Source of the DNA: Escherichia coli phage phiS
Sequence record: PP449093.1
Length of the DNA: 64,000 nucleotides
Strand: one strand, 5' to 3'
The notes below the pieces were generated by a model. That model worked only from the letters and a program-made list of their open reading frames with translations. It did not search any database and was not told the origin of the DNA. The position numbers and the translations under genes were made by a program. Below are positions 1-9,048 of the stretch, in pieces; the stretch's first letter is position 1, and each line of letters starts with the position of its first letter.

Positions 1-1
1 T

Positions 2-247
2 CCATTTGATCCACTGTTTGGATGCGATCTCAATAAATCACTGTTTGAGAACATGAACCCACTGACAGTGGATACCTTATCAAAAAACATCAATGAGGCG
101 ATCCGAAACTATGAACCACGGGTCCGAAACCTGACAGTAGAAGTAACTCCGCAGTACGACGATAACTCGATCATAGTATCAATCTACTTTTCAGTAATAG
201 ATAACCCAGATGATCTTGAACAACTACGCATAAGACTTGCAAAGTGA
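2..247 (+). CDS. 25: baseplate wedge protein gp25, 3' portion (gene starts upstream of window)
   Basis: Frame is open from the window edge to TGA at 245-247; C-terminal sequence (FDP.FGCDL, RNYEPR, SVIDNPDD) matches the conserved C-terminus of T4-family gp25 as recalled. Confidence 0.8.
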   Translation, partial: PFDPLFGCDLNKSLFENMNPLTVDTLSKNINEAIRNYEPRVRNLTVEVTPQYDDNSIIVSIYFSVIDNPDDLEQLRIRLAK

Positions 248-294
248 TTTTGTGTGTGATATGATATAGGTCTTAGTGTGAATAAGGGGATATT

Positions 295-702
295 ATGGAC
301 CTAAACGATTTGAAAGAACAATTAGAAGCTGACATGAAGATCGATGCGACTAAGTTGCAATGGGAGGCGCTGAATAATCCGGTAGTATACTCAAAGTGGT
401 TAAGGATTTACAGCGAGGCGAAAAGAGAGACGATTGCTCTTGAGGCTAAAAAGAAAAAGGCTATGAAAAATCGTCTTGACTTTTACACTAACCGTAGTGA
501 TGACTGGTGTCGCGCTGAATATGAGAAATCAGAATTGAAAGTTGTCATGGCAGCAGACGACGAGATCTTACCGCTTGATACGAAAATTGCATATTACCAG
601 ATGGTAATGGATTTTGCTGGTCGCGCACTTGATATCGTTAAATCTCGTGGATTTGCGATCAAGAATGCTATAGAATTGCGTATGCTGGAATCTGGACGCT
701 AA
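295..702 (+). CDS. uvsY: UvsY recombination mediator protein
   Basis: 135-aa ORF with AAGGGGA RBS; similar to T4 UvsY (KLQ.EA.NN..YSKWL, KSRGFAIK) and syntenic with 25 and uvsW. Confidence 0.85.
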   Translation: MDLNDLKEQLEADMKIDATKLQWEALNNPVVYSKWLRIYSEAKRETIALEAKKKKAMKNRLDFYTNRSDDWCRAEYEKSELKVVMAADDEILPLDTKIAYYQMVMDFAGRALDIVKSRGFAIKNAIELRMLESGR

Positions 703-723
703 ATACATGCAGGAGGAATTTTT

Positions 724-900
724 ATGAAAATCTGTATTTGTTGTAAACAACCTGTCGAGGATGCGTTAGCCGTCCAGACAGAAAACGGCGTTGTTCACAC
801 TGGCTACTGCTTACAGCTAGTAACAGAACGTTCGATTAGTGAAGATGCGAACGGCGAAGAACAAGAACAACTCGTAGAGCAAACAATGCTGTTAATGTAA
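724..900 (+). CDS. small Cys-rich protein (58 aa), position of T4 uvsY.-1/-2
   Basis: ATG with AGGAGG RBS 8 nt upstream; not in ORF track (<60 aa); followed by terminator. Confidence 0.4.
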   Translation: MKICICCKQPVEDALAVQTENGVVHTGYCLQLVTERSISEDANGEEQEQLVEQTMLLM

Positions 901-933
901 TTTGTTGATAACCGATTTTAATTGGTTTATTTT

Positions 934-958
934 GCCCCATCATTGATGGGGCTTTTTT
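934..958 (+). terminator. rho-independent terminator
   Basis: gccccatcattgatggggc hairpin followed by tttttt; sits at the convergent junction between uvsY unit and uvsW unit. Confidence 0.6.
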
Positions 959-963
959 ATATC

Positions 964-1200
964 TTAAAAATCCTCTTCCGGCTCCTCTTCTGGCTCGTTG
1001 TCCGCTTCCAGTTGCTTACGGCGTCCAGCGATGGCATCACGGATCGAAATATCATCAGCAGGTTTCAATTCTGTTTCTTTCTTGCGCTTCTCATAATATG
1101 CCTCAAGTTCATTTAATCCCTCGATAGTATTACAAGAATAAATCTTACGCATGAAACCGTCAATAGCGGCCTCAACCAAAAAACGTTTAAAGCTAATCAT
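964..1200 (-). CDS. uvsW.1: UvsW.1-like small protein
   Basis: 78-aa ORF immediately downstream of uvsW on same strand, acidic C-terminus; synteny with T4 uvsW.1. Confidence 0.5.
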   Translation of the reverse strand: MISFKRFLVEAAIDGFMRKIYSCNTIEGLNELEAYYEKRKKETELKPADDISIRDAIAGRRKQLEADNEPEEEPEEDF

Positions 1201-1243
1201 TTTTAATCTCCGTAGAATAAAGGGGCATTAAAGCCCCTATTTA

Positions 1244-2746
1244 TTAGATCTCGATTGTTTTCGTGACATATTCGAATCGATCGGTGTTATAAATTTTTAT
1301 TCTTTCAAGCGCATGTTTAAGAGCATAATTAAGGTGGCTAAACTGTTTCTTAGCATTCTTGCTCTTTGTCTTAACCGCCAAATGATCGATAAGATCCCAG
1401 ACCGTTGCAATATCCTTAGAACCATGTTTACGCAATGCACGACCGATACTCTGACGAACGATAGTTGATTCCTTCACTGGATGACCGAAAATAACATGAT
1501 GCAAATTCTTAATTGAAACACCAGTAGAGAATACACCATAAGACGCAACACAAATGATCCCGGTGTCACCCTCCGCCATTTTCTTAAATTCATCACGTTC
1601 TTCTGTCTTAACTCCACCGTCAATATAATAAACCTTGTCGTGTACCTTCTGTAACGCGTCATACATAAGTTTTCCGTGCTTAGTATTGCGGAACATAAGG
1701 AATACGTTTTCGCCCTTCTTAGCGAGTTTTAGCGCCAAATTACAAGCAAACTTATTACGTCGTGGGTTAGACGTAATATACTTGATCTCTTCCGCATATT
1801 CTCTACCCTTAACCGCGCTACATTCCTCATCGGTATAACGAAGGAAAAGACAGTTAATTTTCAGTTTTGTCACCTGGCCTTCTTCCATCAGGCGGTCAAT
1901 ACTCACGATCTTAGAAATATCACCGAAAAGCCCGACATACTGCATCATGTTAGCTTTCCCGTCACGAGGGGAACCAGTCATGCCGATCTTAAATTGGCAA
2001 TGATCCATATCAGTAACGATGTTTAGCAGGTTTTTAGCAGTAGCCTTGTGACATTCATCAACAATTACCATCCCAAATTGTTGGAACCACTCACGAGGCT
2101 GTTTACATGCTGACTGCCACGTACTAACAACGATCAGGCGATCACCTACGTGTTTACTAGTACCGCTCATGATAGTATGAATTGCTTCATACGGAAACTG
2201 GCGATAATCAACAAAGTCATCACGCATTTGCAGCACTAGCGACGTGGTAGGAACGATGATCAGCACTTTCCCTTCGTAGTTCTCTAAGTACCAACGAGAC
2301 AACATACAAGCAATCGCAGATTTACCAGCGGACGTAGGCAAAACTAACATACGGCGTTTATGATGAATACCTTCAAAGACAGCCTTTGACTGATACCAAT
2401 GCGGGGTGATCCTGTTAGCACCGGAATATAATTCTAAGTCATTACACCATTTTGTAATTTCTTCTTCTGTAACTTGTTCTTTTTCGAATAAGCGAGGATC
2501 TACCCATACGCTATAGCCCATATTTTTAGCGAAGATTCCCACGGTTTTAGTTAGGCCGATTGGCAGCTTTCCGTTGTAATCTAAAAGACGAATACGCCCA
2601 TCCCAGCCGCCGTATTTTACTCGTTTTTGAAATCTTGCTCCCTCGACTTCAAAACTAAAATAATCTCGCATTTCTAATAAAATTGAATCGCTACATTCAA
2701 TTTGAACATGGGAATAGTTCAGAAAGTGAATTTTAATATCTTGCAT
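1244..2746 (-). CDS. uvsW: UvsW SF2 DNA helicase
   Basis: ORF track 1244..2761 starts at an upstream GTG; ATG at 2746 aligns with T4 UvsW N-terminus (MQDIKIHF); helicase motifs PTSAGKS and DECH present. Confidence 0.9.
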   Translation of the reverse strand: MQDIKIHFLNYSHVQIECSDSILLEMRDYFSFEVEGARFQKRVKYGGWDGRIRLLDYNGKLPIGLTKTVGIFAKNMGYSVWVDPRLFEKEQVTEEEITKWCNDLELYSGANRITPHWYQSKAVFEGIHHKRRMLVLPTSAGKSAIACMLSRWYLENYEGKVLIIVPTTSLVLQMRDDFVDYRQFPYEAIHTIMSGTSKHVGDRLIVVSTWQSACKQPREWFQQFGMVIVDECHKATAKNLLNIVTDMDHCQFKIGMTGSPRDGKANMMQYVGLFGDISKIVSIDRLMEEGQVTKLKINCLFLRYTDEECSAVKGREYAEEIKYITSNPRRNKFACNLALKLAKKGENVFLMFRNTKHGKLMYDALQKVHDKVYYIDGGVKTEERDEFKKMAEGDTGIICVASYGVFSTGVSIKNLHHVIFGHPVKESTIVRQSIGRALRKHGSKDIATVWDLIDHLAVKTKSKNAKKQFSHLNYALKHALERIKIYNTDRFEYVTKTIEI

Positions 2747-2782
2747 AGCGAATAGCCTCACTCAATAAATACAGTATACAAA

Positions 2783-2790
2783 TATTTATA
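2783..2790 (-). promoter_or_regulatory. T4-type late promoter TATAAATA upstream of uvsW
   Basis: Plus-strand tatttata = TATAAATA on minus strand, about 37 nt upstream of uvsW ATG. Confidence 0.55.
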
Positions 2791-2816
2791 CAAACACCCC
2801 CAATCAGGAGAATAAC

Positions 2817-3542
2817 ATGTTTGATAAAGAATATTTCGAAGAACTCCTCGCTATTGCGGCGTCCGACGACAAAGAAGCACAGAAAACAGCTAAAACAGAA
2901 TTAGCGGACTACGCAAAACAATTTGACATCAAGGCCAAAAAGACTTTATCACTAGAGAACATGATCGAGTTCGTAGAAACCGAATTAACTAAACTGGCTT
3001 CCGAAATGGAAGAAGAAACTCCGGCAGAAGGAACCAGTATTAACGATCTTATTCTGGCAGCAGACACCGCAGAGGATAAAGTGGTATTCGACGAAGTTGA
3101 CCCGTCTCTGGTTGAAGCAATGAAAGAACCTGAGATCGTCATTGAAGAAACAAAAGAAGAATCTCCAGCAGTTGAACCAGTGGTCGAAGAAGTTAAGTCA
3201 GATGTTGAAGAAGCACCGGAAGTTAAAGTGGAATCTCCGGTAGCAAACATTTTCTCTGACGAAGCAGAACATCGTTCCCCCGCACATGACACTGATTCAT
3301 TTTGCGATCTTACTGGCTTCCGTCCGACCATTTGCTTGATCGGTGGCGGTCGTGGTTACTACTCCTGCCCGTGGTGGATTTTCGACTGGATCGTTAATAC
3401 TCCAGATTGGAAGAAGTATCCAGAACGTTTCCCGCACGCGTATGTACACGACACCCTCAAGTCACTGATCTATTATATCAAACGCGATGGGTCTGTCAAG
3501 GTGCGAGAGACTAAACATAGCCAATTCCACACACTCAAGTAA
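2817..3542 (+). CDS. acidic Glu/Val-rich protein (241 aa) at the position of T4 inh
   Basis: ORF with GGAG RBS; assignment by position only (between uvsW and hoc). Confidence 0.4.
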   Translation: MFDKEYFEELLAIAASDDKEAQKTAKTELADYAKQFDIKAKKTLSLENMIEFVETELTKLASEMEEETPAEGTSINDLILAADTAEDKVVFDEVDPSLVEAMKEPEIVIEETKEESPAVEPVVEEVKSDVEEAPEVKVESPVANIFSDEAEHRSPAHDTDSFCDLTGFRPTICLIGGGRGYYSCPWWIFDWIVNTPDWKKYPERFPHAYVHDTLKSLIYYIKRDGSVKVRETKHSQFHTLK

Positions 3543-3807
3543 TTTTTGGGTGATAAAAGTTGTGAAATATTTGTTATAATTTTAATTGTAGTTCCGTTAT
3601 GCAATTAAAAAGAGGATACTACATGTCTAACAAAATCAATGTATTACATCAAACAGAACAAATACCCAGACGAGATCGATACTATTTCGGCCTCGTTGCA
3701 TCACTATTCTAATACTCATGTATTGGAATCTCGCAATGGTTATCTGGTTGATGGCAATCAACTATTTCAATTAATTAAATTCGGATTTTCTATGGGAGTG
3801 GCTTTAT

Positions 3808-5022
3808 ATGGCTTTCACAGTATCAATTAAATCTAACAAAAGATGTTTTCTTGCTGGAGATGGTTTCACCTTAACGGCGACTTTAGCGGGTGACGACCCA
3901 TTACCCAGCAATTTGACATATACATGGACAAAAGACGGCCAACCGCATGAAAATAAAACAGCTACGCTAACTGTAGAAGGCGCAACAAGTGAAAATGCGG
4001 GTAGCTATAAAGTAACGGTACAAGATACCGATACGATGGCATCAGTAGAATCTGAAGTTTTCCTCATGGAAGAAGCGGAATTAATCGTAAATATCACCGA
4101 ACCGCCGCATTTCTACGTATCATCACAAAAAGACGTAGAATTACATGCAACAGTAAATTTTTCGGGTGGGAAGACTCCAGCAGACAACTATGAACTACAT
4201 TATAGTTGGAGTAAGGGCGAAGAAGTTATAGACACAAAACAGAATACTACAATCAAAAAATTTACAGCAGATAAAAACGGCGTGTATACTGTAAAAGTGT
4301 GGGGTGAGTCGGAAAATTCAGCCGATAGCGCATCGACTAAAATCATGCTGGCAACAATGAACGTAGATCAGGATGTGGTGGAATCAAAGACCGTGGCACT
4401 AGGTAATGAGATCTTACTTAATTATGTTGTGTCAGAGGACATTGTAGGCGATTCTAGCGGTATGCCTGAATTGACGATCAAACATAACTGGTATTTGCAG
4501 CGCGAAGGGCAACCGTCACCGACTCTAATCGGTAGTGAGGACGGCGAAGCACTGGAAGGATTTTCTATCACTCCAGACGGTCATCTGTTCAAAGAGAGTG
4601 CTACTTACGATGACACAGCCAAATTCTGGTGTGTTGCTAAACTATATCAACAGATCGAAGATGAAACAGTAGAAGTTGCAGCAAGTACAAGCAGAAAATG
4701 TTCCATTGAAGTTGTTAAAATGTTTCGTTACGTACACCCGATCCCGTGGCGCAAAACTTCATTTATCTACATTGGATGGTGGGTATTTGACGAGATTGTT
4801 AAATTCAATGAGGCTGGGTTAGAGTGGCGTGACCGAGAAGTTTATTCTACCAGCAAGTACGCCAAAGATCTGGAGACAATCGCGGCAGCGGAAGAACAAT
4901 ATAGTGATTGCACTTGCATGGAATCTCGCAATGGTTTCATGTATCATTCCAAAGATTTACATAAACTGGACCGAGATACGTTAGAGCGAGTTCTACGCAT
5001 TCGTGAAACGCATCCTGCTTAA
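3808..5022 (+). CDS. hoc: Hoc outer capsid decoration protein (Ig-like repeats)
   Basis: Ig-like repeats (YTWTKDGQ, SYKVTV) and conserved C-terminal capsid-binding region (YVHP.P.R...GWWV.DEI, ESRNG) as in T4 Hoc. Confidence 0.8.
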   Translation: MAFTVSIKSNKRCFLAGDGFTLTATLAGDDPLPSNLTYTWTKDGQPHENKTATLTVEGATSENAGSYKVTVQDTDTMASVESEVFLMEEAELIVNITEPPHFYVSSQKDVELHATVNFSGGKTPADNYELHYSWSKGEEVIDTKQNTTIKKFTADKNGVYTVKVWGESENSADSASTKIMLATMNVDQDVVESKTVALGNEILLNYVVSEDIVGDSSGMPELTIKHNWYLQREGQPSPTLIGSEDGEALEGFSITPDGHLFKESATYDDTAKFWCVAKLYQQIEDETVEVAASTSRKCSIEVVKMFRYVHPIPWRKTSFIYIGWWVFDEIVKFNEAGLEWRDREVYSTSKYAKDLETIAAAEEQYSDCTCMESRNGFMYHSKDLHKLDRDTLERVLRIRETHPA

Positions 5023-5023
5023 T

Positions 5024-5050
5024 GAAATCTATCAGCCATCCTTCGGGGTG
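5024..5050 (+). terminator. rho-independent terminator after hoc
   Basis: agccatcc-ttcg-gggtggct hairpin followed by tttttt. Confidence 0.7.
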
Positions 5051-5222
5051 GCTTTTTTGTTTTTGTGCTCGACAGAGCGATTTAGAGGCATATAATGGCA
5101 CGCATCGACCTGCTACTGTCATAGTGAGGCGAAGAAAATATTATGAATATGGGGTTGAAAATGGCGTTGATAACTGTTACTGTCCTATTCGTTGTTGTGT
5201 TTATGAATGTATGAGGTGAAGT

Positions 5223-5420
5223 ATGAATGAGATTGTACGATTGATCAAAGAAGCATCAATCGAGATGTATTTTCTGGCTTTGGTTGCAACAATGGTCTAT
5301 CAGCTAGTCGCATGTCATGTGTGGAAGTCAGAAAATGCGTTTATCCGGTTTATTGGTACTGTCATGATCCAGTTTCCGGTACTGATCACTATCCTGTTAA
5401 TCGTCAATGGGGCGAAGTGA
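5223..5420 (+). CDS. small hydrophobic protein (65 aa)
   Basis: ORF with predicted transmembrane stretches; stop overlaps next start (TGATG). Confidence 0.35.
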   Translation: MNEIVRLIKEASIEMYFLALVATMVYQLVACHVWKSENAFIRFIGTVMIQFPVLITILLIVNGAK

Positions 5421-5695
5421 TGGACAAGAAAACAGCGTTAATGGTTTACATGCTACGCGAAGACCACGGTCTTAATTTTGTTGATATTGCTAAGAAGATT
5501 GGCGGGATCAGCGGACAAGATGCGGCTAAGGCATGGTTGATGGTAAAAGATGCACGCGAGGCTTACGCCAGCCGTGAAAAGGTTGTTTATCGTAAACACC
5601 ACATCAACAAAAAATTTAAAAATAAAGTTCAAAAACGTGTTGACATGCCAAATAACACTGTTATAATGGACGCATTCAAACGGGCAATGTCCTGA
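5420..5695 (+). CDS. hypothetical basic protein (91 aa)
   Basis: ATG at 5420 (M37 of track ORF 5312..5695) overlapping upstream stop; coupling typical of T4 early genes. Confidence 0.4.
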   Translation: MDKKTALMVYMLREDHGLNFVDIAKKIGGISGQDAAKAWLMVKDAREAYASREKVVYRKHHINKKFKNKVQKRVDMPNNTVIMDAFKRAMS

Positions 5696-5741
5696 TTTGT
5701 AATTAATATTCTGAATAACTAATCAATAGAGGTGACTAATT

Positions 5742-6179
5742 ATGAAATTCCGTAAAAACCACGTAGCAATGAAAAAGGCAATGTTCGAAGCATTCAAAGC
5801 AGTTGATCAGGGCGGTGTTACTCTGATTGAGCAAATTAATGTTGATGTTTGGCAATCTCCGGCGATCACTTGCTCCCGTCTTGCTACGGCTGGCCTTCTG
5901 AAAGTTCACAGCTCTACCGCATACGACGAAGCATTGCAAGTTATTAAGGCTTTTGCTGGAGACGTTACCAGCAAGTGGGTCTATGAGAATAAAGGTGAAA
6001 TTGCGGTTGCTCACGTAGGCAACAATATCCAGATGGAAATCAAGATTAAGGAAGGGTCTAAACGCAATCAGATGCTTGTTCGCTTCCAGCCATACAAAAC
6101 TAACGTAGTGCCGGATGATCTGATCATCTCTAAGAGTAATGTTACCATTCGCCGAAATCAGATCGTTATCAACAAATAA
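5742..6179 (+). CDS. hypothetical protein (145 aa)
   Basis: ORF with GAGGTGA RBS, followed by strong terminator. Confidence 0.5.
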   Translation: MKFRKNHVAMKKAMFEAFKAVDQGGVTLIEQINVDVWQSPAITCSRLATAGLLKVHSSTAYDEALQVIKAFAGDVTSKWVYENKGEIAVAHVGNNIQMEIKIKEGSKRNQMLVRFQPYKTNVVPDDLIISKSNVTIRRNQIVINK

Positions 6180-6188
6180 TTAACATTA

Positions 6189-6212
6189 GCCGTCCTTCGG
6201 GGCGGCTTTTTT
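6189..6212 (+). terminator. rho-independent terminator
   Basis: gccgtcc-ttcg-gggcggc hairpin followed by tttttt. Confidence 0.7.
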
Positions 6213-6269
6213 GTATCTGTTATTAACATAATTTTAGTTTACATGTGCACAATATTAATACTGTTTGAT

Positions 6270-6330
6270 TAAATTATGATCAAAACGAAGAAAGATCTTT
6301 AGAACATAGAAAATGTATCTTTGGTTAATT
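6270..6330. repeat. intergenic repeat copy R1 (caaaacgaaga..atctt.tagaa family)
   Basis: Shares tgattaaattatgatcaaaacgaag core with 6420-6480; diverged 3' half. Confidence 0.5.
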
Positions 6331-6419
6331 ATTAATCACTACATATTGTAACACAAATGTTATACTCCGTAGGAGTTCGCGAAGCGATATCCTTTTGTGT
6401 AGTTTTTACATGTATGATT

Positions 6420-6480
6420 AAATTATGATCAAAACGAAGACTTATCTTATAGAATAATAAAAATTTGTTTCGAACATTTA
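6420..6480. repeat. intergenic repeat copy R2
   Basis: caaaacgaagacttatcttatagaataataaaaatttgtttcg; near-identical to 43596-43640. Confidence 0.6.
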
Positions 6481-6539
6481 TTAATCAATTACTGGGAGTG
6501 TTTTATTGCTCGCTGTGCTCGCTTCCGCTACGCGGATAC

Positions 6540-6568
6540 TTGTATTTGTTATTAACTTGTAGTATGAT
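6540..6568 (+). promoter_or_regulatory. sigma70-type promoter (TTGTAT-17-TATGAT) upstream of 6593 gene
   Basis: -35 and -10 hexamers with 17-nt spacer, about 25 nt upstream of the GGAGG RBS. Confidence 0.45.
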
Positions 6569-6592
6569 ATTGCTTTCTATGGAGGAAATATT

Positions 6593-7180
6593 ATGTTTGA
6601 CCAGTTACAAGATCTATTTGGAGTAAAACCACTTCGTAGATGTGCTTTAATCGGCTCTAGAAAAGCGCCTAGCGACATTTTGATAATGGCTAGTACCATT
6701 GGGAGGGTATTGTCAGAAAATCGCGTTGTAGCGCATTCTGGAGGGGCTTACGGTATGGACAATGCTTTCATGAAGTATTACGATCCAGATTATAGAAAAA
6801 TTTTCATTCCAAATTGGAAGTTTTATGACCACAAGCATAACGGGCATGATGTGATTGCATGGCAAACCTTAGAACAAAAAAATCTGGCGATGGATGAATT
6901 AGAACATGTTTATGATAATCCTCGTTCTATACCGTTATACATGCAAAATCTGTTTTCTAGAAATGTTGCTCAAGTCTTAGGTGAGACACTTGATGACCCT
7001 GTAGATTGTGTGATATTTTGGGCGAAAGAAGTTAATGGAATCGTTTCGGGAGGAACTAGAATTGCTGTTTATGTTGCCCGTAGACATGGGATACCATGTT
7101 TTAACTTATATCATCAAGAAAATAGATCCGCCGTCGAAAAAATCTTGGGCGGATCTGACTTGTCTTGGTTAGATATTTAG
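6593..7180 (+). CDS. DprA/Smf-like Rossmann-fold (SLOG) nucleotide-binding protein
   Basis: Motifs GSRKAP and HSGGAYGMDNA resemble the DprA/LOG Rossmann core; remote, by eye only. Confidence 0.4.
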   Translation: MFDQLQDLFGVKPLRRCALIGSRKAPSDILIMASTIGRVLSENRVVAHSGGAYGMDNAFMKYYDPDYRKIFIPNWKFYDHKHNGHDVIAWQTLEQKNLAMDELEHVYDNPRSIPLYMQNLFSRNVAQVLGETLDDPVDCVIFWAKEVNGIVSGGTRIAVYVARRHGIPCFNLYHQENRSAVEKILGGSDLSWLDI

Positions 7181-8422
7181 TTAAGCGTTGTCAATCTCAA
7201 GCGGTGGCAGTTCGATTCCTAAAATGTAGGACATTTCTGAACGTCCAGCCATTTTACCCCAATCGTCACCCTTGATGACCTGGTGTTCTTCCTGATCAAC
7301 TTTTGATGTATATGGGTTGACAGAGAGTGAATAACGATTCATAATAGCTACATGATGCTGGAAGCTATTAGGGTCAATTACACTCTTATACGCGCCAGCG
7401 CCGTCGGCTTCTGTATATGGGGAGTAGAACAGAGAACCTACACTCTCCATATCACCGATCATGTGCTTACAACCAACGAGCATATAATCGAAAGGTGTTG
7501 TCGTGTCTGCGTACACTTCCAGACCGCAACGTAGACGACCTTCGCTTAGAGCATTGTCGGTTTCTTCCATCCATCCGGTAGATTGCAGGAGGCCAACCAC
7601 GCGAGAAGACGCCAAAACGTATGTACCAGCAAAGGAGGAAGTCCGCAACATTTGATTGCTCATTTCGCAAGCATAGCGGTAAAGTTCACGCGCTTGTGTT
7701 GGTGCATCCTGAACGCTAACGAGAGAAAGTATGCCATCAGGGGTGATCCCTTTAATTTTATAGCGAGATGATACAGTGATCAACTTCTGAATAATATCTT
7801 TGTTGATCTCTTCGGAAGCAACAGTAGCCAGAAGATCAATTACAGAGTTTTCAGAGTTGATTTGGCTTGCCTCAAGATCCTGCATTAATTCAGTGGTGAA
7901 CGAGGTTTTCAGTTTACGGGAACCTACATTAACCTGCCATTTATCAAACTGCATAGAGGTAGACGAAATTTCGGTGTTTTTATCTTCAAAGTATTCTACC
8001 GATGCACAATCGCTATAGAAACGAATTTTGTTTGTCATTATGCCTTTAAAGATTGCAGCTTCTGGAGTTTCGGCATCTTCACCGACTGTACCAGCGGTTA
8101 CAACTTCGTATACAACATCGTCTGATTTGAATAGTGCGCCTTCGTCATAAGATTTTTCTTTTGAAAACTCTTCAATCTCTGTGCGATCACCAGCCGCGCC
8201 ACCATAGGTTGTAGCAGTTCGGAAAGTCATCTGACCATCACGATTAAGATAACGTAGGCCGTACAATGCAGATACTGGTTGATCCGTTGGCTGGATTGCT
8301 ACCAGGTCAGAGAAAATCAGGTTGTTTACCGCGCGAGTTAATGATAATAGTTGCGGTCGCGCTGTCTGGTTAGCTACTGAGGAAGTAGATTCCCGCAACA
8401 GTTCAGTAAAAATATGAGTCAT
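7181..8422 (-). CDS. 24: head vertex protein gp24
   Basis: Paralog of gp23 fold; ATG at 8422 aligns with T4 gp24 N-terminus (ELLREST); track ORF extends to 8470 via a non-ATG start that would overlap the late promoter. Confidence 0.85.
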   Translation of the reverse strand: MTHIFTELLRESTSSVANQTARPQLLSLTRAVNNLIFSDLVAIQPTDQPVSALYGLRYLNRDGQMTFRTATTYGGAAGDRTEIEEFSKEKSYDEGALFKSDDVVYEVVTAGTVGEDAETPEAAIFKGIMTNKIRFYSDCASVEYFEDKNTEISSTSMQFDKWQVNVGSRKLKTSFTTELMQDLEASQINSENSVIDLLATVASEEINKDIIQKLITVSSRYKIKGITPDGILSLVSVQDAPTQARELYRYACEMSNQMLRTSSFAGTYVLASSRVVGLLQSTGWMEETDNALSEGRLRCGLEVYADTTTPFDYMLVGCKHMIGDMESVGSLFYSPYTEADGAGAYKSVIDPNSFQHHVAIMNRYSLSVNPYTSKVDQEEHQVIKGDDWGKMAGRSEMSYILGIELPPLEIDNA

Positions 8423-8459
8423 GTTTATGAATCCTGTATTTGCCTTAATGGATATATCA

Positions 8460-8467
8460 TATTTATA
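8460..8467 (-). promoter_or_regulatory. late promoter TATAAATA upstream of gene 24
   Basis: tatttata on plus strand, 38 nt upstream of the 8422 ATG. Confidence 0.55.
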
Positions 8468-8470
8468 CAA

Positions 8471-8496
8471 AAAGAAAAAGGAATCCGAAGGATTCC
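8471..8496 (-). terminator. rho-independent terminator (minus strand)
   Basis: ggaatcc-ttc-ggattcc hairpin followed by tttttcttttt on minus strand. Confidence 0.55.
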
Positions 8497-8649
8497 AAAA
8501 ATAAACTTACTTCTTCCTAGAAACATTATCAACGCTACGGTTAACTTTGTTTACCAGATTAATTGCATGATCAGAACGAATAATTGCATAAGCTAATGCT
8601 AACATCAATTCGTTGTATTCCTTACGAGTCATAACATAGCTGTTTTCTT
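8497..8649 (-). CDS. small protein (50 aa) between genes 23 and 24
   Basis: ATG preceded by AAGGAGG RBS; below ORF-track size cutoff; terminator immediately downstream. Confidence 0.35.
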
Positions 8650-8933
8650 TCTTACTCATGCATTTCCTCCTTATGGAGAATTTGTGGTTAATTCAGGGAA
8701 CAGCGTACCAAAACCAAAATTACCGCTAGCGTCACGCTGAAATGTCATAACAAGGTCGGCATACACCAGATCTGTATATCTACCAAATCTATCCGACCTA
8801 ATACTCATTTCATTCATTGGTCCTTTGCCATGTAGTTACTACGAAAATTGGTGGAATTGTTTGTTGTGTATATCTATTTTAGCTCCCAATAGAATATAGG
8901 CTTGCAACCTTATTTATGACGGGTTATAATACG

Positions 8934-8963
8934 CAAAAAGGGAAGACCCTTTCGAGTCTTCCC
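8934..8963 (-). terminator. terminator hairpin downstream of gene 23
   Basis: gggaagac...gtcttccc 8-bp stem followed by ttttt on minus strand. Confidence 0.5.
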
Positions 8964-9048
8964 TTTGGAATTAACACTTTACACTGTCATAAGGTTTATG
9001 ATAGGTCGGGTATTGCACCCGACCGGAGTTTTTCAGGAATGGCTTATA

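Noticed and set aside
2909-3331. Minus-strand 140-aa ORF inside the inh-position gene
   Set aside because: Antisense to the Glu-rich gene; Ser/Thr-rich mirror translation; no RBS.
3559-3600. Possible promoter upstream of hoc (TTGTGA ... TTATAAT)
   Set aside because: Hexamer spacing (9 nt) does not fit sigma70 geometry and no TATAAATA late promoter is present; the hoc promoter was left uncalled.
5022-5219. 65-aa ORF immediately after hoc
   Set aside because: Begins inside the hoc terminator hairpin; Cys/Arg-rich with no RBS.
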